Source: Halanaerobiaceae bacterium
GTDB lineage: Bacteria > Bacillota > Halanaerobiia > Halanaerobiales > Halarsenatibacteraceae
Length of the DNA stretch: 32,000 nt
Assembly (NCBI GenBank): GCA_003553485.1
Contig: PWEJ01000098.1
Span: forward strand, 1 to 32,000
Direction of reading: 5' to 3'
In this document: positions 20,764-27,900 of the stretch, piece by piece
Layout of the letters: the number at the start of each line of letters is the position of its first letter
How positions within the stretch are numbered: the first letter of the stretch is position 1
Position numbers and translations under genes: made by a program
The notes under the pieces: generated by a model
What the model was told of the DNA's origin: nothing
The model's input: the letters and a program-made list of their open reading frames with translations, nothing else
Databases searched by the model: none

Positions 20764-22758
20764 TTAATCGATCATCTCTCTTCTCATTTCCATATCAAAG
20801 AGTTCTCTTTCGGCACCTTTTTCAATGCCCAGAGCCTCTCTTTTAGCATCAATTCTATCGATCATTTTTCCAGCCATTTCATGGGGGTCCTGAGCATTAT
20901 CCCAGGTAGCACCGTATACTTTTTCATATTCTTCAAAGAGATAATCGGTTACTCTCTTACTTCCGATAGTTGGGAAGTTCCCGCCAAATACTGTGTAAAC
21001 ACCGGAAGTTACAAAATACTGGCCGATGGCAATGGCCTTTTCACTCATCCATTCTGGAGCAGCCCCGGCTACCGGTAATTCGCTGACATCATCGCCTATA
21101 TTGAGGCGTTGATTCTCCTGGCCAACATTTACCATTTCAGCTAGAGCATGGAGTATCCTGGTGTTGTCAACACAGGAACCGGCATGTAACACGGGAGGTA
21201 TACCTACAGTTTCACAAACCTCTGCCAGACCGGAACCGGCTTTTTCTTTAGCAGTCTCGGGTTTTAAGAGACCGGCCTTTGCACTGGCTATGGCCGAGCA
21301 ACCTGTTTGCACAACCAGGACATCATTGGCAATTAGCTCTTCAACCAGCGGAATATGCATGGCATCCATGGGCATAGCTACGTTGTTACAACCAACCACA
21401 CCGGCTACACCTCTAATGCGTCCATCAATTATATTACTGTTTAGAGGCCAGAATGAACTTCTGAAGCTTCCTCCCAGCATATATTTGATATATTCAAAGG
21501 AGAATCCTGCCAGGCCCTGTTCCGATTCTTCTATTATATTAACTTCTCCTCTATTGGCAAAATTATCGATAGCATTTTTGACAATCTTCCGAGCAGAAGC
21601 TAAAGGCTTGCTTTCATCAAATTCAATATGCTCTGCCATCTCCATACGAGCTTTATCGGTAGTGGTAACTACCTTAGTATGGTAATCATCGAGCATATCG
21701 GCTAGAGATTGCATTACACACTGAACGTCCACAAGCATCATTTCCACGGCACCTGTGACTACAGCTAATTCCTGCTGCAAGAAGCTGCCTGCCACTGGAA
21801 TACCATGGCGCTGTAATAACTCATTGGCGGTACAGCAGATTCCCGCTACATTAATTCCTGAAGCGCCTTGCTCTTTAGCATATTCTATTAATTCATCGTC
21901 TTGAGCAGCTATGGCAATCATCTCTGAAATTAAAGGTTCATGGCCATGAACCATAATATTAACTTTATCTTCTTTAATAACTCCAAGATTAGCCTCAAAG
22001 TTCATGGCTGATTTTCGTCCAGTCTCATCAGGTCCTCCTGGAGTACCAAACATAACATCCTGAAGCTCGGTGGCAATCATGGAGCCACTCCATCCGTCGG
22101 CTAAAGCAGCTCTCGTTCCCTGGCGCAGAATATTTTTAAAGTCCTGGTCTACACCCATTGTAGAACGATGCATTGCTTCCACTACTTCTCTATCAATACC
22201 TCGAGGGGTTACATTTTCTCTTGTCCAGAGTTCCTGCCGCTTTTGAGGAGCTTTCTTGACAAAATCTGAGTATCCTTCCTGGCGGCCGAAGTTCTCTAGA
22301 GCTCTCAAGCCAACTTCTTCTGCTATTTCATATTTATCCTTATCTTCTGTTTCAATTTCAAAGAAACGGGCAATTTCCATCAACTTGCTGACATCTTTAA
22401 TATCATAACCTTCATTTTCTCCGCGAGCTGTTTCCAGAAAAGCCTTGACGACTCCCCGACCGTGATCGGAGTGAGCTGAAGAACCACCGGCTATTAAACG
22501 GACAAAGTTTCGAGCTACAATAGTGGCGGCATCTGCACCGCAGGCGCCCAATTCCTGCCGGCCCTCAATTATCCTGCAGGGGCCCATATTACAAATTCTA
22601 CAGCAAAGTCCTTCAGTTCCAAACTTACAATGAGGTTCCTGCTGTTCATAGCGGTCCCAGACCAGCTCGACTTTAGCTTTGCTGGCACAATCCATTGCAG
22701 CACACGAAGCTTTGTCAATAACTACTTCGTTATTTTCATTGTTTTTCTTTTTAGACAT
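20764..22758 (-). CDS. acsA: Anaerobic Ni-dependent carbon monoxide dehydrogenase catalytic subunit
   Basis: 664 aa. N-terminal Fe-S motifs CKFGTEGLCCRICNMGPCRI. AGGGAGGG RBS. Confidence 0.95.
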   Translation of the reverse strand: MSKKKNNENNEVVIDKASCAAMDCASKAKVELVWDRYEQQEPHCKFGTEGLCCRICNMGPCRIIEGRQELGACGADAATIVARNFVRLIAGGSSAHSDHGRGVVKAFLETARGENEGYDIKDVSKLMEIARFFEIETEDKDKYEIAEEVGLRALENFGRQEGYSDFVKKAPQKRQELWTRENVTPRGIDREVVEAMHRSTMGVDQDFKNILRQGTRAALADGWSGSMIATELQDVMFGTPGGPDETGRKSAMNFEANLGVIKEDKVNIMVHGHEPLISEMIAIAAQDDELIEYAKEQGASGINVAGICCTANELLQRHGIPVAGSFLQQELAVVTGAVEMMLVDVQCVMQSLADMLDDYHTKVVTTTDKARMEMAEHIEFDESKPLASARKIVKNAIDNFANRGEVNIIEESEQGLAGFSFEYIKYMLGGSFRSSFWPLNSNIIDGRIRGVAGVVGCNNVAMPMDAMHIPLVEELIANDVLVVQTGCSAIASAKAGLLKPETAKEKAGSGLAEVCETVGIPPVLHAGSCVDNTRILHALAEMVNVGQENQRLNIGDDVSELPVAGAAPEWMSEKAIAIGQYFVTSGVYTVFGGNFPTIGSKRVTDYLFEEYEKVYGATWDNAQDPHEMAGKMIDRIDAKREALGIEKGAERELFDMEMRREMID

Positions 22759-23066
22759 TTAGCTGCCCTCCCTTATCTTAGTTCTAGATTTAAAAGTTAA
22801 GCAAATTTAAAGAAAAATTTCCTGATGATAATTCTAAGTGGTAAAGCAAAATTTAAAGAATTGTTATAGCAAGTTTAATGAGACAATTTTTTTTGCCGTT
22901 AACCACCAACCCCCTTCTAATGCTCGACTATAAATTATTACTTAAAGGTCTTTTTAATATAATTAAGCAAGTGGTTTTTAAAAGCTAATCAATAAAACCT
23001 GAATTTTCAATTGTTAAAAAATTCTCTCTCGTTTCCTTACCAGCATAATGCACAATCCCACTGCTA

Positions 23067-23094
23067 ATTATATCAAATAATCACTGTTTGTCAA
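23067..23094 (-). promoter_or_regulatory. Near-consensus promoter of the acs operon (TTGACA-N16-TGaTATAAT)
   Basis: Minus strand: TTGACA (23094-23089), 16-nt spacer ending in TGa, TATAAT (23072-23067). It is the only strong match in the 600-bp gap and implies a leader of roughly 300 nt. Confidence 0.6.
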
Positions 23095-23360
23095 AGCTAA
23101 ATATTTTTTTCACAAATTTAGTAAGAGGTTTCACGAACTTATGACTTTAAAGCGGGGGCAATTCACCTCCCAATAGCTAAAAACAGGTTCATAAACCCAG
23201 TTTAATCATGATTACCTTATTATTTAGACTAATTTTAACATAATACCCCTCAAAAAATCAATAGTAAATAGAAAAATAAATTAAATTTTTCACATTAACT
23301 GGCCAATTAAGGGATCCAGGCCTTAATCCCGGACTAATTTACTATAACCCTAGCCTGTTC

Positions 23361-24359
23361 TCAATTGCCAACTAATAAATCCTGAAAATTAGTGCTGTTA
23401 TTTAAAAGAATAGGTAGTCCTCCAGTATGTAGAAAAAGAATATCCTGGTTATGAAGATTTTTTTCTTCTATAAAACTTAAGAGTCCGGCAAAGGCCTTAG
23501 CAGAGTATACAGGATCTAATAGTATTGCCTCTTCCCTGGCCATTAAAGAGATAACTTCCAGAAGATCATCTTCTATGATGCCATAACCAGCTCCAATATA
23601 TTCATCTAGCAAAAGCAAATCATGACTAATCTCCAGGGCCGATAAATCAAGATCCTGACAATATTCTTTTAAAGACTCCTTTATCTTATTTTCGCCCTCC
23701 TCTTTGCCAGGCTCTACACTAATTCCCACTATGGCTTCAGAGCATTTATGAAGATAATTGCCGATTAAGAGCCCGGCCTGGGTAGTTCCAGTGCCGGTAG
23801 CTAAAAATAATAAATCAAATTTTCCTTTTTCACCTAAATAGTCTTTAGATTGAGCTTTGATCTCAGCAGCAGCTTCCACATAACCATGAATACCGGCCTT
23901 GCTATATCCTCCTGCAGGAATCAAATGCGGTTTCTCTCCCTGATCTTTTAGCTTTTGCTCAAGCTGCTCCATTTTCTCGTCTCTTTCGGACTTATCGACT
24001 AATTCAATATTCACCCCTAATAAATTGTAGAGAAAATAATTACCGCTAAAATCAATAGCTTCAGAATCAGCGGCAGGTCTATTTAAAACCAAAGTACAAT
24101 CTAAACCCTCCCTGACAGCAGCCATGGCCGTTAGGCGGCAATGATTAGAAAAAACACTGCCACAGGTAATTAGATGATTGGCTCCTTTTTTCCTGACCTC
24201 ACCTAAAATATATTCTAATTTTCTGGCCTTATTACCACCTGGCTCAGGACCTGCTAGGTCATCTCTTTTAATATAGATATTATTGTCATATATTCGTGAA
24301 ATATTTGCCAGATATTCTAATGGAGTTGGTAAATCACATAATTTAACTCTGGTATACAA
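23361..24359 (-). CDS. PLP-dependent D-cysteine desulfhydrase / ACC deaminase family protein
   Basis: DLPTPLEYL and RDDLAGPEPGGNKARKLEY (PLP lysine motif). 332 aa. TTG start with GGGAGG 8 nt upstream. Confidence 0.8.
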   Translation of the reverse strand: MYTRVKLCDLPTPLEYLANISRIYDNNIYIKRDDLAGPEPGGNKARKLEYILGEVRKKGANHLITCGSVFSNHCRLTAMAAVREGLDCTLVLNRPAADSEAIDFSGNYFLYNLLGVNIELVDKSERDEKMEQLEQKLKDQGEKPHLIPAGGYSKAGIHGYVEAAAEIKAQSKDYLGEKGKFDLLFLATGTGTTQAGLLIGNYLHKCSEAIVGISVEPGKEEGENKIKESLKEYCQDLDLSALEISHDLLLLDEYIGAGYGIIEDDLLEVISLMAREEAILLDPVYSAKAFAGLLSFIEEKNLHNQDILFLHTGGLPILLNNSTNFQDLLVGN

Positions 24360-24389
24360 ATTAACTACCTCCCAATTATAACGTCAAAA

Positions 24390-24620
24390 TCAACCCATCC
24401 TGTCGTAAAAAAAGGCAAAGATAAACATAACAACAAAGATATAAACAAACAAAAGACCAAACCAAAAAAGCAAAAATATTCTCTGATTTCCTCTTCTCAT
24501 AATATCAAGCCACATAGAACTATCTCCAGCATATAAAAAGGCAATACTGATAGCAACGGACAGAAAAGAGATTAGAGATACCACTATAACAAAAAGAATA
24601 AAGCGCAAATAATCATCCAT
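24390..24620 (-). CDS. Small membrane protein (2 TM helices), hypothetical
   Basis: The track ORF starts at GTG 24629. The ATG at 24620 has AGGGG with better spacing. Two long hydrophobic segments. Its RBS overlaps the stop of the upstream DUF3343-like frame. Confidence 0.5.
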   Translation of the reverse strand: MDDYLRFILFVIVVSLISFLSVAISIAFLYAGDSSMWLDIMRRGNQRIFLLFWFGLLFVYIFVVMFIFAFFYDRMG

Positions 24621-24631
24621 GGTTTTCACCC

Positions 24632-24884
24632 CTAACTAGCTTTTTTCCATTTACTAGGGCTTAATTTGCAGGGTTTAAACCGGGAAAAATTTTCTATATC
24701 CTTTTGCTCTAACAATTTAAGAGACTCTTTTAATTCCTTTGGTTTTAACTCCAGACCAAAATTACAGTCAGCAGTAATTTCTGGAGGCAAAGGATAGAAA
24801 CGAGGATTGAAACCTGCTTCCTTTAGAATTTTTTCGCCTTTAAGTGAATTCAGTGGTATTGGCAGTCAAGTTTTTGCTGTTCAT
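24632..24884 (-). pseudogene. DUF3343-like (putative S/Se carrier) gene with apparent +1 frameshift near the 5' end
   Basis: The ATG at 24884 (GGGGAG RBS) gives MNSKNLTANTTEFT then TAA. The +1 frame continues LPIPLNSLKGEKILKEAGFNPRFYPLPPEITADCNFGLELKPKELKESLKLLEQKDIE... for 77 codons to TAG (24632-24634). That frame has no start codon of its own and is absent from the ORF track. Confidence 0.45.
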
Positions 24885-24907
24885 TTTGTTCTCCCCTTTA
24901 TAGTAAA

Positions 24908-24936
24908 ATTATAGCAAAAAATTCACTATTATGCAA
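24908..24936 (-). promoter_or_regulatory. Promoter of the DUF3343-like / membrane / PLP-enzyme operon (TTGCAT-N17-TATAAT, TG-extended)
   Basis: Minus strand: TTGCAT (24936-24931), 17-nt spacer ending in TGc, TATAAT (24913-24908). 24 nt upstream of the ATG at 24884. Confidence 0.55.
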
Positions 24937-24981
24937 TTATTAAGATGCTCTTATTTTTGTTTATTAAAATTATAATAAAAT

Positions 24982-27900
24982 CTAATAGAAAAGCAACAGG
25001 CTCCAGGGAATCAAAGCTTCGAATAAACCATTATTTCCATGAAGATAACGGGGGGTTTCATATTTCTCACTTTTTTTGAACTGATGATTAATGCTAAAAC
25101 CATGATCAGCCAAAAACAAAACCGGCTGTTCCGGTGGCAGCTCCGATAGCAGCGGAAAGAGACGATTTTCTACCTGAAATATTATTTCATCGATAAAATC
25201 CAGATAATTTTGCTTGCTGGTATGAACTTTTTCATCTATACAGGAAAAAGTAATAAGCTGGGGCTTTTTAACATCAGTTAAATTCTGTTGCTGGAAAAAT
25301 TCGCTGGTTATCTCCTCAGCCTGATGTATTTCTCCAGCAAAATCAGAGTTTTTTAAGGCTTCCAGCTGTCTTTCAGTATTTGTCGGGTCCAGGGCAAACA
25401 TAAGATCTTCTTTCAGCACTCGGAGAGAAAATTCCTCCGCTATCCTCTCTTTTATTAACTGCCATAAATCCCAGCGCATGCCATCCATGAGCAGACACAG
25501 GTTGCTACTTAATCTCATTTGCTTGAGCATCCTGGGAAAGCGGATATTAATCAGCTCTTCCAGATGATAAAAATCTTCTGCCTGTGGTGAGGATTTCGCC
25601 TCAGCCACCATAAATTCTCTCCCCTGGTAAAACTGGCGGAATCTATTTTCATAACGGCGCAACAGTTTATTAACTGCTTCTTTTTTATTGTGAAGTGGCA
25701 GAGATGCTGACAGCGAAAGTTCATCAGCCAGGAACAACATTCTGCTTTGATGGTACTCCAGCTGAGAGAGGTGATTTTTAAAAAGATTTTTCCAGGAAGC
25801 AGCAGTTTCTGGCTCTTTCTCTGAAGTTAAATTAAGAGCAGCCGTAATTTCTATAACACTTTCCAGCAAATCAATATAATCATTTTTGTAATAAGGATAC
25901 TCATAACTCTCTCTCTTTTTTAATTCCCGCATATATCTCCGGCAGTCCTTTACCTCTCCTTCGCTGGCACTGCTGGCAAATCTCTGCATAAACTGCTCTG
26001 ATAATTTTTTAATCAATTGCAGGGAAATCCGCTCTCGAGCCACAGCTGTTAGCCAATCCCCTGGTTTTTTAAGTTTCAGTTTTTCTGCCAGATTGACTGC
26101 TAAATTCTCCTCTGTCATTATGGCATTTAACTGGTTGCCTGTAAGCTCTCTCAGTTTATTTTCTTTATTCTCTTCCGCTTTTATATTAGCCTCTTCCTGT
26201 TTATGATTACCTGCAAAAAGATCAGTGCTCAAATCTATTAGGGCTGTAAGCAAAATATCATCTGCCTTTAGAAGCGAAATAACTTCAGCCTGATTGTGCG
26301 GCAAAAACTTTTCCCCTAAAACCAGCACCTCTTCTTCAGGAAGATTATGTGCTCTTTGCCAGTCACTTAAGGCCAAAAGCAAAGCAAAACCCTTTAGTCC
26401 AGCAGTGTCATACAGGGTAAGCAGTTCTGGGTAATAGTTTTCCAGATACTCTTCCATTAAATTAACTTCCTCTAGTCCAGGTTCTTTACTGGTTCTGCTT
26501 TCCTCTTCCTTGCTTCCTCTTCCTGTCCTGGCTCTGGAAGCAGTTACTCGAATATAGGTCTGGTCATCCAGAGCCGCCGAACCTTCTTCTCCTGCCAGCC
26601 ACTGCTCGATTATTTCTCTAATCTGCCCAGGAGAAAAACTTCTCTCCAGTAAATTTTCATAGAGTTCATCCAGATCTCTCTCCACCACAGAAATATCCCG
26701 GGAGAGAGCCTTATTTATCCGCTTAACCACCGAACGATTTAGAATGTCATCCAGTTCAGGTAAAACTTTTTGAGTTTCCTCCCCGGATAATTTCAGCAGT
26801 CGGCGGAGAGGTCGGGCAAAGCGTTTTTCTCCAGCCGCTTCCATGCTCTCCAGGTATTCCTGGAGTTTTTCCCGGTGCTCCTGTTGTTTTAAATTATGCA
26901 GATACTGCCTGATTCCTGAACTGATGGTAGACTGAATCTTCTGCAGTGAAGGCAATTCTATCTCGTCTTCTAAAGTAAAACCACAGGAGCAGACAGGCCT
27001 CTCCTGTAATCTGGCCTGGGAAAAATTACGGCACTGCTGCCGCAGAGCCTGAGATAATATTCTATCGACTCGTACCAGGTCATCCTGCACCGAGATAATT
27101 TCAATATCGGCCAGCTGGTTTAAAACTTGATAACTTTTGCTTTTTTTAATCTTCTCATAGGGTTTAAATCTATCAGCGGCCAGCTGTTTTTCATGCTCCT
27201 CCCTGTAGATTTCAATATAATTACGGCGAAAATTATTAAAAAGTTCTTTCGTCTCCCTAAAATAATCCTGGCTGAAGACGACATCTTCTTCTGCCAGAGA
27301 CTGTTTTAAATTCTCATAATCTCGCCTTAGCTCTTCATACTTTTCCTCCTCGGGAATCTGCAGACGGGAATCCTGCAGATAGCCTCTCATCCGGCGATAA
27401 ACTTCCTGCCTATCCTCAAAAAACTCCTCCACATCAGCCATTCTATTAAGATAATTCTCTACCTGGGGCATACTGCGGTACTGAGAGGCAAATCTCTCCA
27501 GACCTTCCTCGGAGGAATAACTAACTTTTATTTCTTCCAGCAAATCTTCTAAACTCTGCAATTGAGAATTTATTCTTTTCCGATTAATTATTTCAGCCTC
27601 ATCGCCGGAAAGACGCTTCAACTCAACCTTGATTTTTTCTATTCGCTGCTCTAGCTCCTGCTTTTTTTCCACCAAATGATCCCAGATCTCATGCTGTAGC
27701 GGCAGGGAGAAGGGCTGGTTTTTATAGCGCGGCGGCAACAGCATACATTCTCTCAATATCTCCTGAAATTCATCTGCAATAATCTCGCCATAACCCAGAT
27801 ATTCAATACGATTAAAATTGCGGGCATTGAGGTTCTTAAGACTAATCTTACGTCGACTGGAAAAAGCGGTTATATAGCCGGAAAAGAGCAGACAGTAGAC

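Noticed and set aside
23104-23137. Rex- or CRP/FNR-type operator upstream of the acs promoter (TGTGAA/TTCACA-like half sites)
   Set aside because: The two TTTCAC(A/G)AA elements are direct repeats 21 bp apart, not the inverted arrangement of Rex (TTGTGAA-N4-TTCACAA) or CRP/FNR sites. I report them only as unassigned repeats.
23295-23335. Imperfect palindrome TTAACTGGCCAATTAA and the GGGAT...ATCCC hairpin just downstream of the PLP-enzyme gene, as operator or terminator
   Set aside because: The palindrome has two mismatches. The stem is only 5 bp with a 10-nt loop and no U-tract. This is too weak to support a call.
24632-24884. Selenocysteine or pyrrolysine recoding as the explanation for the interrupted DUF3343-like gene
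   Set aside because: The stop that ends the ATG frame is TAA, which is neither UGA nor UAG. The two TGA codons in the DUF3343 frame lie upstream of any possible start in that frame. A 1-nt indel explains the pattern more simply.
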